Source: Ramazzottius varieornatus (taxonomy: Eukaryota; Animalia; Tardigrada). From it: a stretch of 64,000 bases of DNA. Of the stretch, positions 12,650-26,195 are shown piece after piece (positions within the stretch are counted from its first letter, which is position 1; each line of letters opens with the position of its first letter). The stretch spans positions 1,683,773 through 1,747,772 of the forward strand of contig BDGG01000010.1 in the NCBI GenBank assembly GCA_001949185.1, read 5' to 3'. Made by a program: the position numbers and the translations under genes. The notes under the pieces are model-generated. The model did not search any database and was not told where the DNA came from. It saw nothing but the letters and a program-made list of their open reading frames with translations.

Positions 12650-12968
12650 ATGAGAACTGTTGTTCGTTGCGTATCATTTTCTGGTTCTCCATAGACACGA
12701 ATAAAAATTGTGGTTTCACACACGATTAACAATATCACACTCCGGCGACTCCGCTCTGCTCTTCGCAACTTAGCTGGCATTGGTGCAAATCAACCAGAAA
12801 ACACAAACTGACTGAGAAGGGCGTCTCTGTAAACGTCCCACTATGATGAAATTTCAGTTCGAACAGTGAAACAATGCTCTTTAGGTAGCGCATACATTTA
12901 AAGGGAAGATCACACAGCAGCAACACTTCGTTCACCGTAAATGCCGGAACGGTTTCTCAAGATCTGGC

Positions 12969-13533
12969 CTAAGTCGAGAATCGCTCCGTTGCTTTGGTGT
13001 CGAGAGGTTTTCCATTGGGATCCTTTCCTTGCAGCTGAAGCTCTCGCTTCTTGAGACGCCTTTCTCGTTCATATTCTTTTATTCTCATCACAGCACTACA
13101 ACAAGGAACAACCAGACGGATAGAACGAGAATCTTGCTTCAAGGGGAGGATTTTCGTACTCTTCGTATTCGCACTCCATCCATTCGTGCTTGAAATGCTT
13201 GCACTTCCAATACCAGGGCATGTTATTTGCCATGCACTTCCGGTACGCAACACCGTGATGAGCGCAGTAATCCCGTTCGTGAAGGCGTAAGTTTGCTGCT
13301 TCCATCTCCTCCTGTGTGGCAACCATAACTGCAAGCAAAACCCAGTCACAGTTACGAGATGTGCAACATGCTTTCCTCCGGTACTGACCTCGCTCTTTAC
13401 GCGGAACATCGAAACCAAAGTTGGGATCGAAGGTTGGTCCTTTCTCAAATTCAGGTGCTGCTTCTTTCTCCGCAACATACTCATCCCAATAATGCCCCCA
13501 GCTCGATTTTACCTTCGCGGGATAGTTCCCCAT
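12969..13533 (-). CDS. NDUFB7: NADH:ubiquinone oxidoreductase subunit B7 (B18), 3 exons
   Basis: PTFDPNFGF..RKER|VMVATQEEM..RDYCAH..C-x9-C..CKH..WMECEYEE..RIKEYERERRL. Confidence 0.95.
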
Positions 13534-14208
13534 ATTGACGCAATCGTCCTTTGCTCACGAGCTGGGTTGATCTCTAGAAGACACCAGATTCCAGGACAAG
13601 CAAACGCAGCGCTTTGGTTGAAGATGTGCAGCTATCACCGTCCTCCTCCGTACAGCTTCAATGCAGGGGCATCCGCATACTTCCCAGTTTCCAGTTCAGT
13701 AATCCTTAACGTGATCTTAGTTCTGCAACAGAAGCACTGATGTGCTGCTAAACTTCGTGTTGCTGGAGAGCAGAACGCATGATCAAGTCATTGATTGACT
13801 TCGTCCAGGTGCAATGGGGGCTGATTTTAACAATGACGTAACGCATAATTACTATATTTTGGCTAAACTCTCAGATCAGTCAATCTACCACCCAATTAGC
13901 TTCTGGTCCGAGACACAGCAGTATCACACGTCGATTGATTCAGTGTTTGTCTTGTGCCGCAGTCCAAAAAAGCAACGTCTTCAGATTCGATACGATGGTT
14001 TCCAGATCGCGAGTCATCGCCACGCCATTTTTATGGCCCGACGTCTCAGTTATTGCGCGTTGTGGCTCACCATGCTCAGATAGACGCGAAATTTAGTAGC
14101 ACTACGTTGAACAGAAGACTATATAGTGGTGGCAGATGGAGATACTGCACCATACTGGAAGAACATGTGCGAGTCCCGTGCGACGATATCGCCTCCTTGT
14201 ACCAGTGC

Positions 14209-14360
14209 ACGACAAAATAAACCGTTAAAAATGGATGTATGGAGCCAGATGGTTGAAGCCAATGAAATTTGCGCATGCAGCAGAACCTAACTCTCATTGG
14301 CTGAGTCGTAAGTAAGCTCAGCTGGAGTGTACGCCCATTTTTAACGGTTATTTTTGTCGT
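14209..14360. mobile_element. About 150-bp palindromic MITE-like element
   Basis: acgacaaaataaaccgttaaaaatgg at 14209 inverts to ccatttttaacggttatttttgtcgt ending at 14360; inner agccaatga/tcattggct pair; no clear TSD. Confidence 0.6.
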
Positions 14361-15003
14361 AATTATTAATTTTGTACGCCGTGCGCGAGCGAGAGAAAAA
14401 TCCCAAAAGTGTGATTGATTTCTGAAAACGAACCCTGCAGGAATGACCTTGACGCCGGGTGCAAGAAGTGCTCCCCCAGGGCTGTGACCTCCTGTTCGCC
14501 GTTATAAAACGATTGAAGTTCGCACTTCGCACATGGATTTCCGTCTGTAACACTGAATCTTTTGTAAACAAAAACCATAACATGGAGTATTGGGGAGTAT
14601 TCTTCCTGGAATAATCGGTTTTGCGTCGGTGGACATTAGGACGAGGAGGCAGAGAGTTACGTTGGAATCTAATCATTTGTTCGCAGTTGTCCCACATGTG
14701 AACGAAGGCCATTAACTCGCTCTTTGCTGGGACCGAGCTGCTGACTTGATAACGATATGGTGATCGACCGGAAGTCGCTTTGCTGGCCCGCACTTATCAG
14801 CACGGTAAATCTCATGGGAGCCTTCACCCTTCATTTCTTGCGGCTGTAATTTCAACTACATTGGCGCTGACCTAACTTTCTTGTTATTTTCTCAACACCT
14901 AGTCATTTATTTTTGCTGTAGCTTTGACGGACGGCTCACTTCGCTGAGAAAGCGCGCAGAAAGTTCCTTGTCCGTCACGTTAACCGAATCGTTCATATCC
15001 AGA

Positions 15004-18000
15004 ATGGCGCGACCAGCTGCGCGAGGGCTTAAGGTCTTCATCAGCGGGAGTAACCAAGAAACTGCTTTCGATGACATCGACGGACGACCAGCAAGGAACC
15101 AGCTTTCTGCTTTGGACCTTCCCTCACCAGGTCTTCTGAACCATCCTTCGCCAAGTCTTTACAAGGATAAGAGCTCGATCAGTCCTTCGGCTATTGGTAG
15201 TCCCTTCTACGAGAACGACGACAGTGAAAGCTATAATGGAAGCCTCCCGTCGTCCAGCTCAAGTGCCACACCCACTCTACCCCAAAGTTCCGCGGACCGA
15301 GCGTGAGCCATATGGCCTGCCCGAAAGTATTATTCAACGTGCATAATCTGGGTGGTTCTTGCAGGTTGGCGGAATATGCCTTGTTGGAAGAGATCCGACT
15401 ATCTCAACAAGCAATCCAGCTGTTCTTTAATAATGACATATCCGGAGCGAAGCAACTGCTAGAAGACAAGTATGCCTGATTACCATTCACCGTCTTGGGA
15501 CTACTGACTAAGCGAACGTTTTTCTTCAAATTTATGCTTTCAGGGTCGACGAGAACATGTATGCAGCTGTATCTTACAGCACGATTCTCTACCTGAAAGC
15601 TTTGATGACATTTACCCAGGTAGAAATTGATGTTTGCTTTTTCCTTCTTTTACACGATGGCACCTCAAAGACTGATTGTTCCAGGAGGACGCAAGAGCTG
15701 CTAGTAAGGCTCTTCGGGATACGCAAACTCTATGCTCAAAGAAATGCAGAGGTCGATTTAGCCGCTCAAAGAGAACAGAAGGTGAGCAAAGTCGTAAATA
15801 CAGGTTATGGCCTTTGCTGCTGGCATAGGTGTATTCCCACTGATACGAAATGGTTGATGAAGTTTCATCCCGTAGAGCAAGTTCACGCCGAACTCTGCCA
15901 TGCGGAGTGTGGCCTTATGTTATCGGCGCTCGTTCTATCCGAAGACCCTGGACTCACAGCCCTTATCAAGTCGGGAATTCGTTTCAAAAGCTCACATAGT
16001 ACTTATCAGTAAGAACAATGAAACAAAATTAGATTCAAATTAACGGATCGTTTTAACGGATCTGTTCTTCAGAACTTGCATAGGAATTCTGAGAGATCGA
16101 GAATGGACAAACCCGGAATTGAAAGCTCACTTCGAAAGCGGTGTTCGGCTAGGCATCGGCGCTTTCAACCTGATATTCAGCTGCGTTCCTTCTAAACATG
16201 CGAAGTACCTCAGTGTTGTGGGCTTTCGAGGAGTCGCTAAGATTGGCTACAGCGAACTTGAAGCTGGAGCGAGTTTAGGAGCCCTTCGGAGCGTCTTGTG
16301 CTCACTTGTAAGCTTACACTTAACTTTTCTTTCAGTCTGTTTTTTTTATTGGTTGATATGATTGGGTTGAACACGTTTTCGCAGGTCTTGGTAGGATGGG
16401 AAACCTATGGGAAAATAATACTGGGTAAGGAAGCTGTCATAGCTTGGTAATTGATTTACAATGAGCTTGAATGGAGTGTTGTGTTCAGAGTATCATGGGT
16501 CTATGGTGGTTATAATGCAGGAAGCGGTATGTGCAACATCGAAGCTGCAACGGATACTCTGGGTCCGCTGTTGGAGCTGTACCCGAACGGCGCAGTGGTG
16601 CTCTTCCTGTACGGTCGTCTAGCTCAATTGAAAGGACAGTTCTCCGACGCACTCAGTTATTTTGATCGATCGATACATGCACAGTCGGACTGGATACAGT
16701 TTCAACATTTGTGCTTGTGGGAGAGCATGTGGTGGGTCTATACATTTTATGAGTCTGTAATGACATAATATCCTGACTTTGATGGCTATTGGTTCTGAAT
16801 GCCTGACCGTATAATCTTATTCTATCTGCCCTGTTTAGGTGTCACTGCTTCATGATGGAATATGAGAAAGCGGCTGACCTTGCGTACTTTCTCTTCCGGG
16901 AAAACCAGTGGAGTAAATCCACCTATGCATATCTAACAGTACGAAACAATCCTTGAACAAATACGCATCGTTTTTGAACCTTTTTTCTAAAATGACAGTT
17001 TTTGGTTTTAGGCGGCATTTCTTCTCATGCTTAACAAACACGAGGCAGTTCTTTCCGGTCACAAGGTCACGGTAAAAGAAATAATGAAGTAGGTGCTTCC
17101 TGCGGTTTAACTTCTTCCTTCGCATCTTATACTGTAGTCCGAGCACACAAAAACTGATAGCTTTTCCACAGGGAAATCATAGCACGGAAGCAGAAAATAG
17201 CCGGACAGTCCATACCTCCCGAAAAACTAGCCGAAAAACGGTACAAGCGATTTGTGGAACATGAGAAGAATATCATTTTCCCGGCATATGTGAGTGTTTG
17301 AGCTCCCCGTTGTTAGAGAGTGGGACTGCAAATGATAATAATTTTTCGTGATAGGAATGTCTGTACTTCTTCGGAGGTATGGCGGCTCTTGCCAACAGAC
17401 CCGATCTCGTACAGGATATCCTTGCACTTCTGAACTCCAAGCTGACGCAGGTCAGCAGTTCGTCCGGTTCTATGGGTAAAAAAAAGAGCCGGATCCACGA
17501 AGACAGTGTGTATATGGTCAACTTCATGCGCGGTGTCTGTTACTCGTACCTCAACCAAGTGGAGAAAGCCTGCGAAGTTCTGGGGAGCGTTGTTGAAGCG
17601 TAAGTCGACTTCGCTCCCGTCCGTTTTTTCCCCATTGTACAGAAACAATGAATCCGTTTGGTTTCCATCTGTAGAGAAAAGCATATCCTCGAGGACAAGT
17701 TCTTGCCACCTCATGCGGCAATCGAAATAGCTTCTCTAAAGCTCCGGATGGATGACCTGACGGGAGCAATGCAGTACTGTGTTAAAGCAATGTAAATTAA
17801 ATCGGTTATCGAAGCGTATTCCCAGCTTGAATTTGTTTAGAAATTCTCCCCTCTTTGGCATAACGTTCTTCGGTCTTCGCAGATCCTTCAAGAACTACTT
17901 CATGCAAGCAAAGCTGGAAGTTCGGATTGCCGCAACGATCGAAGTAATCGAGGAACGACAGTCTTACCTTGAAGACAACGTTAGCCTGCTGGAGCGGGGA

Positions 18001-18051
18001 AGTATCTGCGAATTTTACACACCACCTTCCAGTCCCGAGTTACCCCGCTAA
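15004..18051 (+). CDS. TTC39: Tetratricopeptide repeat protein 39 (TTC39/IML2 family), multi-exon
   Basis: EQVHAELCHAEC, LIKSGIRFKSS, HFESGVRLGIGAFNL, LELYPNGAVVLF, WIQFQHLCLWE, WSKS, KIAGQSIPPEK, KNYFMQAKLEVRI. Confidence 0.9.
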
Positions 18052-18672
18052 TGACTTCAGTTCAAGATGCTTTCCTAGAGTATATGTAAAAATTCTTTCG
18101 TCACATATTTTATTTTTTATCGCTAAAAACCTAGTGAAAAGGATGGTTTATCTTGTGGTTTTTTTTGCCGTTTGTTGCATTCGGACAACGGGCCTGTTCA
18201 AGGACCCGGTCGTGACTTGTGATGAAAAATATACTTCCTTGTTTTGCGTTTATTCTCTACGTGCAGTATTGTTTGGCTTGGATTTTTTTGTGATAGATGC
18301 TTTTTCTGGCTGGCTGGGTGGTTTTCCAGTTACCCAACCTGCAGTTAACCCAACCTATTAACAAAATTAATAGTAAAAACAATATGCCCGATAACTTCTG
18401 TAAAGTTCCGTGACTAATAGGATCACAGACTCATAGTTTAAAGTTCTCCCGGAATTTGAATCTCCCACACAGACCACACAGAAACTATAGTCCTTGCCCT
18501 CCCAAAGTTTCGCTTCACGTGACGTTTGTAAACCGCAACGACGTAACCAACGGTAACTTTCGAGGTTCGAAAGATATCTCAATCCCATTGTTCGAAACAT
18601 TTCGATTTTTGTTTTCTCCGTTCCTGTCACCGGAAAACGATCTTCTCTCGAGATATCACTTTCTAAACAGAG

Positions 18673-19341
18673 ATGTCGTGGAACGGTCAGTTGGGAGGAT
18701 CCAGCGCCAGGTACTCGGCATTCGGAAAGGGTCAGGATCAATTCGGTGGTTATGGGGCTACGTCTTATGGTGGAAGTAAGCCTGTTTCCATGATGGAGAT
18801 GCGTTCTTATTTGTTCAACAACCTTTCCTAATGAGTTGTGATCTTGTGTCTTAGGCCACGCAGTGAACGGTACTGGCAGCGGTGGTGGGTACGACCACGT
18901 ATCGCGACCAGGCTCGATCATCAGCCCGATGGCGAGCGGCGGTTCAGCCACTCTGATTACCATACGGGTCAGTACGGCCAGTATGGCAGAGGTTATCAAG
19001 GTGAGCACGGTGGAAACATTATGATGTACGGCGGCCCTCACGACGGAGAGTCCCGCGGTCTCGGAGGCCAAGGACAAGATCGCTTCGTGATGGCGCGAGA
19101 GATGGACAATCACGCCAACCAGTACAGTGCAACCTATGGACGCCATAATCAGGACTACGGAGAGGCGCCACCGTATGGCCGACCAGACAACAACCAATGG
19201 GACCATGGACCTAGTGAAGTTGGTTATGGCCGCGGACGTTTCAACAGCCCCAACGACACTATCGGCCACCAGGATGGACACGATCATCCCGGTAGCTATG
19301 GTCGAGGAGGATACGGACATGGTAGCAACTGGAACTACTGA
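18673..19341 (+). CDS. Orphan Gly/Tyr/Gln/His-rich low-complexity protein (exon structure uncertain)
   Basis: Exon MSWNGQLGGSSARYSAFGKGQDQFGGYGATSYGG ends at a gtaag donor; downstream frame GQYGQYGRGYQGEHGG...GSYGRGGYGHGSNWNY; joining needs a small extra intron (18889-18947) or a frameshift. Confidence 0.6.
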
Positions 19342-19439
19342 AACGCGAAACACTGTCTTACGTCCTTTTTCCAGCCTTCAGTCGTAATGCCGAGTTTTCG
19401 TTTACTCACATTACTCTTGTTTTCTTCGCCTCAATTTTA

Positions 19440-21422
19440 TTACTGATGGTCAAGATAAGGCACAATTGAATCTTCTACATCTAGAAACTTCTCTTCCATT
19501 CTGACATTGCATAAAAGGGCTAGTAAAGACTTGACCAAAAAGTAATGGTCTGGAGCATTACAATCTGGATCAGCTTCATAAATTTCACCATCAAAGTCCC
19601 GTAATCGTTCCAGGAGCGTATTAGCGAGAACTACCAGTGGTCTGCTCGAACCTTCGCACACCTTGAGTATCCTCGCAGCTTCTGCAAGAAACAGCGAAGC
19701 GCTCAAGTAAGAGCCGGACAGAAACGCTGAGAGGGCAGTCTTCAGCAGCTGCAGCGCGAACTTGATATCATTCGGCGAAAAGAACTTCCTACAAGAAAAC
19801 ATTTGATCGGTTGTCGAAATGATAACAACATACCTTTTCCTAGCCGAATTCACCTCATCGATGTCAGACTTTGTTGAAACGCCGCGAATGCTTCGTCGTA
19901 TCGCTCCATTGTACTCAGCAGTCGTCCGCGTCGGTCTTGCACCATTCCGAGCAGCATATTGTCCCGGTGAAGGACTTTTTCACAGCGTGCGCGAATGATG
20001 TCGAAGTCATCTAAGATCTCCGTCAAGCTGAACTCTGCAATAGTTATTCTGTCATCATTCTCCTCGACGCCTTCCAAGTGGCGCCGCATCAAAAGAGAAC
20101 TCCTGTCCAGCTGCTCCGCCGTGCATGCTGGATTCTGACCGCAGCTCGAGCACGGAAGTAAAGCACGTTCTTCGGTCGGGACAGCGGCAGAACAATGCAC
20201 ATTATCGCACCGCACTGGAAACAAGTCGGCGAACTGCGAAGATAAAAAATTCGACATCACTGTGACGATCAAGCTAAAACGAGCCAAGATTCATGAACCG
20301 GTGAAACGTACCGAGGAGCCATCACACAGTCGACATCTACAATCGAAAAAGTAATTTTTGGTGAAGCGTCGCTTTCTAACGCAAGTTGGCACGAAAAGCT
20401 CCGTGTACGATATTCGACTCTGCAACATAGCCTCGACATTCAGCCACCATTGAAAAGCTGTACCAGAAAAAAAACTCACGTCTTCGAATGCCTTAATATC
20501 GGAGAAAGCCTTGATGGTAATATTCAACCCATCAAACAGGAATGTTGCATTTCGTTCGCAGCTGTGATCGATTATTGAAGGATCTAAATAAAGACCTGCA
20601 TAATAAAAAAAATCGCCTGGATAATCTGGTTTGGGTTGACGAACCATTTGCTCAAAACAGCACATACCTTCTCCGCGCTCCATGAAAAACGGGTCACGAA
20701 TGCCGAAGCAGTTTATCTGCAGGCATCCATAGATGCGAAGTAGCATTTCCTCGTCTAGCCGAAGGTTCTCGCCGAGACAGCGGACCACCTTGCCTTTCAC
20801 TTCTTCGAAGACTGACATTCGATCCGCATTATTCTTCATATCGTCGCTGTGACTAAGCAGAACATTAAAGGTACGGTCTATCGGGGGAACGCAAGCGTCA
20901 ACGTCGGCCGTCTCGTTGTTCCGTAGACGATTAATTGCGTGGACCATCAGGAAGAAATCTGCCGGAAATTTCATGGCTTCTTCCCGGCTTCCCACCGAAG
21001 CAACCGCAGAGCATTCTCTCTGGTGTCTCCCAGATGACCAATCGACGTCCTGCCAATATGAAGACATCGAAATGCAGAGACCATATTATATAGGGAAGTT
21101 GTTTGAAGGAAGGATCTACCTTACATCGTTCCGAGCAGTACAGTGGAATTGAGCACTGGGTACATGTCATCCGAGTGGGTGCAGCTTCCAAAGATTCCAG
21201 AGCGACAGGTAGGACTTCCAGACAGCAGTAGCAGATCCGGTCGAACAGTCGGGGAAGAGCGGTGTATACCCATGGCTTGGAGGTGAAGATTGTGTTGCCG
21301 GCGGAGTACAGTGGCTTCACTTCCGGTCTGTCCATTACCGACTCCGGCACTCCGTCCTGTGCTCGAAGTGCCGCGCCATCGCTGCGCTCCATGGGAAACA
21401 GCTCCGATCTCCCACGATCCAT
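19440..21422 (-). CDS. SMYD-family SET and MYND domain lysine methyltransferase, multi-exon
   Basis: MYND finger CYCC..CTQC..YCSERC..HQREC, INCFGI, GLY..SIIDHSCERN, ISYTEL, post-SET YFFDCRCRLC, TPR-like C-terminus. Confidence 0.9.
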
Positions 21423-21739
21423 CTGGACGGAAATCACAATTGAAGAATCACAGCGAGACGTTGTCAGCTCCACGACCACGAGGAAGGTAGTGAAATTCTG
21501 GAAGTTCGAATTCGAAATTCGAATCGAAACGATATCGCAAGCTCTATAGTGTAAGTGTGTTTGTTCTTTCTGTTTTGATTTTCGAATTCCAATTTTCATC
21601 GTCAAAGACTCGAAGTCTGACTCGTCTTCCTGGGCTTGGCGTTTACGACTTTTTTAGACCTTTCGTATCCCTGCGTTGCTAGCTGCCCGCCTTGCTAACT
21701 GCATTTGCTGTCCCGGATCATCGCGAGAAGGAAAAGCCG

Positions 21740-23347
21740 ATGGATATCCTTGGGCTGGTTATCGCCTTGTTCTTCGTCGTACTTCTGCTGCTAATGTTTG
21801 TCGTGTTTCCGCCACAAGAGTTCGGGAACATTGGTCTGACGTTCGAGCAGCTAGTTGGAGGATGGCTGGGAGATGAACAGGTGGACTTCGTGTCGCACAC
21901 TATCCGCCAGCTAACTGCGGTTATGGTCTTTCACAGTGCTCTTCCGTTCCGTAAGTACCCCTTTTAGTGTTATGAATTTTGTTAACTTGTTTGCTTTTCA
22001 CAGTTGCATATCTCCTGATCAGAGCGCTGGATCCATCATACTCACGATTCGCCGGTGAATCTGTTTCTAGCTGGGTCAGCCACCTGCAGACCGAAGAGAC
22101 AGAAGACAGCTTGAATTCCGTCGTTTCGGACTCCGATAAGAATAATGCAGTGTCGATCATATGCTGGGTGTGGTCGGCCGTCGCTGTCAGCGTGTTCTGC
22201 CTGGCGTCCAGTTTAGCTTCTTATTATCGGTCAGGACCAGATTCGTGGTCAAAACATCCAGTTGCAATTACCTTACGCAAGTTCTCTGAGACTCTGCCAT
22301 TCGGTACATGGCACGATGTGGCGAACGATATTAACCGAGAATATCAGGAAGTTGACAAGTTCGTGACCATGCTGAGTGGCTGGAACGTCAGAACGGTAGC
22401 CACGCAGTCGTGGATTCTTCGACTAGGTCGCTACCGAGTAGGCCTTCTTTCCACGCAGTTGTTGGCAATCTCAACTCTCAAGTCAAGTTTGTAACGGTTT
22501 TTTCTTTAGCTAGATGTCGCCCATCAGGACCTGTGTGAACTTGAAGTTGTGCAAGCCGACGACCACTCTGTCTCGGCACAGGGAGACATTACTGGCGCCC
22601 AGTATGTCACTATAAAAGTCCACACTCAGGCTGTGGATGTGGCGAACTTTTTCATAAGGTAGTTTTTGATGATTGTGCTGGAATATCATCGATAATTTAC
22701 CTTTATGTCTTCAGTGCTTTCCTTCCTGCTATACAGGATAAATTCTCGCGAGTATGATAGCTTTAGACGTCGGATACGTTGTCCCGTTCGAGTGGCCGAA
22801 GGTGTAACCATCAGGAAGTCTCTGACGGAGAACTTTCTGGTGGTCTTCCGTGAACAAGTGATGCTGAATGGCAAAGTGCCGAGACCGGAAGTAAGTCGGA
22901 AAACGAGACGGCGCGATCAACAACCGTGCAGCGTACAGTAGTTACCGATTTTACAACTATAGTAGCTTTTCCTTTATTTTTAGGAGGTTGAGAATTGTGT
23001 CGGATGTTACATCAACGAAGCTGACGTCAAGCTTTCCAAACGGTGTGATGGACCCTGTGATACCTGCCGCTGTCGGCCAATGTGGTGCTTGAACTGCATG
23101 GGAATGTGGTTCGCTCATCAACAGGTACAATAGATCCTTGCATTTTATCTTCTGCAGCAGCAGCAGAAAGTTCAGCTGACAGCATATTCAGAAGGCCTAG
23201 TGTGACAGTCTCAAAACTGACGTATCTTGGAAGTTCAGTCTTCTTGTTCAGGACCAACAAATGCCGGAGACCTGGATGACTGGCACAGCTCCTTGTCCTA
23301 ACTGTCGATCGAGGTTTTGTATATTGGACGTATGTCGCTTAGAGTAG
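21740..23347 (+). CDS. TMEM129: E3 ubiquitin ligase TMEM129, multi-exon
   Basis: VFPPQEF..GLT..WLGDE..HSALP; WSKHP; RING CVGC..KRC..CRCRPMWCLNCMGMWF..PCPNCRSRFCILDV. Confidence 0.93.
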
Positions 23348-23636
23348 ACCTTTACTCTTGTGTAGAGGGTTACGAAAGTTCCGGTTCATGCATTTTCACC
23401 ATAGTGTTTATGTAAATACACGTCAGTAAGTTATGAACTCGTTGTTTCAAATGATAATTATTACTCTGACGGTTTCTTTGAGTGTGCGCTGATCGCACTT
23501 GATTACTTGAAAATTCTGAAGCTATCGTTCACAGCCGGTCACCTTGAGCTAAACTGGTCACTTCGCCTAATTGAACCCACTCTCGATACCACTGTATTGA
23601 AATAGTAATTCGAACATCAGAGACCAGCGCAGAAGG

Positions 23637-26195
23637 ATGTGGGCAGTTAGGGTCCCTCAGTTCGCACCTGCAGGACGTCCAAATGATACTGCTGCGACAG
23701 TTGATTACTTTGCCGCTTTAGACGAACAGGTGAGTTTCCCACTTTTCCGGGCCCATGTTTCGTCGGCTTGCTTAGAGTTCAGCAGTAACGATTCATATCT
23801 TATCGGTTTTCATTTTTTACAACTCTAGGATTACGCGATAATGGCACTCGAGAAGAGACTACCGTCGACGCCATCCATAAAATGGGCAAGAACTGTGCTG
23901 CACTTCTGGACAGGTACGAAATATTCACAAAACTGATCACTTTGATTTTCTCGCTGAAATGGAACCACCAGCGAAACTCTCAAAAAACCAGTTTCACCCG
24001 GTTCTCGTTTCAGATGAAGCGGACCCTAAGATCCTCGGCTCGAAGTCTGGAAACCGGCACTGGATCATCATACTGGGTTTCTTCGGCACTTTCAACATCT
24101 ATGTGCTGCGGGCGAACCTTTCTTTGGCTATTGTGGCCATGGTGGTCTCAACCTCTCCAGTCATGAACCTGTCTTCCAACACCTCCTTCAGCAACGCGAC
24201 GAACGCAAGGTTCTCCGATGTATGCGAAAAGCCGGCGGTCGACTCTTCCGTTAACAACACTCGTCAAGTTCAAAATTCGGTATGACCTCACAGATAATTT
24301 TTTATCTGTCTTTCCTGTGGTTCGATCGGTCGAGATTTGTGACTTTGATAAGTGTTTAATATCTTTGCTAGGTAGAGCCCGCAGTTTCTGTGGGACAGCA
24401 AGACGCAAGGGATCATCCTGGGTTCCTACTTTTACGGCTACGTGTTGACGCAGATGGCCGGGGGATGGTTGACCAAGATGTATGGCGGTAAGCACCCCTT
24501 CGGTGTCGGGATCTTTGTCACGGGTATTCTCGCACTGCTTACTCCTTTCGCCGCCACTCTTCATTATGGCTGCGTGATTACCCTGCGCATTTTGCAAGGT
24601 CTCGCGACCGTAAGTCCTCCCAAATTTCATGCGACAATTTCCTGACTTTTTAGTCCACCGATTTATCTAGTTGAATTTTACGTTCGAGCCTTCTTGTATG
24701 AAAGCCATTTGCCGTTATGCACACACTCACTTCCTCGTCTCTTCGAAGGGTGTTTGCTACCCAGGACTCCAACAACTAGTTGCACAATGGAGTCCGCCTT
24801 CTGACAGAACAAAGTTCTCAAGTCTAATCAACGCCGGCGCGCCTTTAGGCACTGTAACTGTTCTCACGATGGCAGGGTTCTTGGCGGATCGATTTGGCTG
24901 GGAGAGCGTTTTCTATGTATCAGGTGCGATGACGATCGTCTGGTACGTTTTCTGGATCTTCCTGGTATACGATACACCCGCACTACACCCGCGTATAACT
25001 GAGGAAGAGCTCATTCTGATCACTGGATATTCGAAGAACCACCATGGGCTCTCGAGTGTGGACCGAATGCGACAAAATATACCATGGAGAAGCATCCTGA
25101 CGTCGGTACCCGTATGGGTCATGATCGGAGCACACACCGGTCAGAATTGGGTACGTACTGTATATTACATTGTGTTATGGAATAAGTTCTTGACACGGGA
25201 CTTCGACATACGTCACGAAGGGGATCGCTTTCCCAAGTGGCGTCCACTTCGAGCCGATAACAATCAAAACGCCACCACTTAGGAATACGATCAAGCTCAG
25301 TTCATTTGCCAGCGCCCATACATTTTGCATCTCGAAACTGTACTGTGTCGAATTTTGATCTTACTTTTATGGTGTTTTATCTGAAAGCCTCTCTTTGCTT
25401 CAGGGAACCTATACGCTTCTGACATCGCTTCCGACATACATGAAGCACATCCTTCATTTTAACCTCTTTTCCAATGGAGTCTTTTCCGCGTTGCCGTACC
25501 TCGCCATGTGGTTCGTCGGTGTGTTCTCAGGTTACTCTTCCGACATGCTGCGAAGACGGAAGGTGCTTTCCACTACCAACGTCCGGAAGCTCTACAACAC
25601 GATAGCCAACGTGATCCCAACAGTGGCCCTGATTGCTGTCGGGTTCGTTGGATGTGACCCCGTAGCTGCGGTCGCATTACTAACCATTGGCACAGGTTTC
25701 AGCGGCTGTACTACAGCCAGCTGTCAAGTAAACAGCATCGACCTCTCGCCGACTTTCGCATCCGTTATTTACGGAATTTCAAACACGGTTGCGAATTTAC
25801 CCGGGATTTTTTCGCCATACACGGTCGGACTTATTACCGCAGGTCTGCAGTAAAATTTTTCACAATCTATTTCCCGGTTCATTTTATATGTTCAGCCAAG
25901 ATACCTGAATTAATTCAGTCGAATCCTACGTATCCTAATCTACTTGAACTGATTACAAGGGCCAAACGGACACACCCTTTCAAATTGGAGGACCATCTTC
26001 TTTCTCTCTGGTGCAATCCGAATGGCAGCTACCCTGCCTTACCTTCTCTTCGCTTCTGGAGAATTGGTAGACTGGGACAAAAGATGTTGCACGGAGCTTG
26101 CAGAAGACAAAGAACCCGCCGGAAAGACGGCCTATATCTGTAACAGATCAAACGAAATTCTAATAAAAGATTCCACTCTTAGCGACTACAAATAA
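23637..26195 (+). CDS. SLC17/sialin-like MFS anion:cation symporter, multi-exon
   Basis: LRANLSLAIVAMV, GIILGSYFYGY, RILQGL, WSPPSDRT, GWESVFY, PWRSILTSVPVW, TLLTSLPTYM, TTNVRKL, NSIDLSP, LFASGE. Confidence 0.92.
25204..25317. repeat. Intronic palindromic repeat, copy B (in SLC17 intron 25151-25403)
   Basis: gatcgctttcccaagtggcgt...caccacttaggaatacgatc...tcatttgcc matches the family core. Confidence 0.7.

Noticed and set aside
18367-19353. 328-aa minus-strand ORF
   Set aside because: Antisense shadow of the Gly/Tyr-rich gene; no motif or splice support.
20074-20087. ccaagtggcgcc core of the hairpin family
   Set aside because: Lies in SMYD coding sequence with no flanking arms; chance match.
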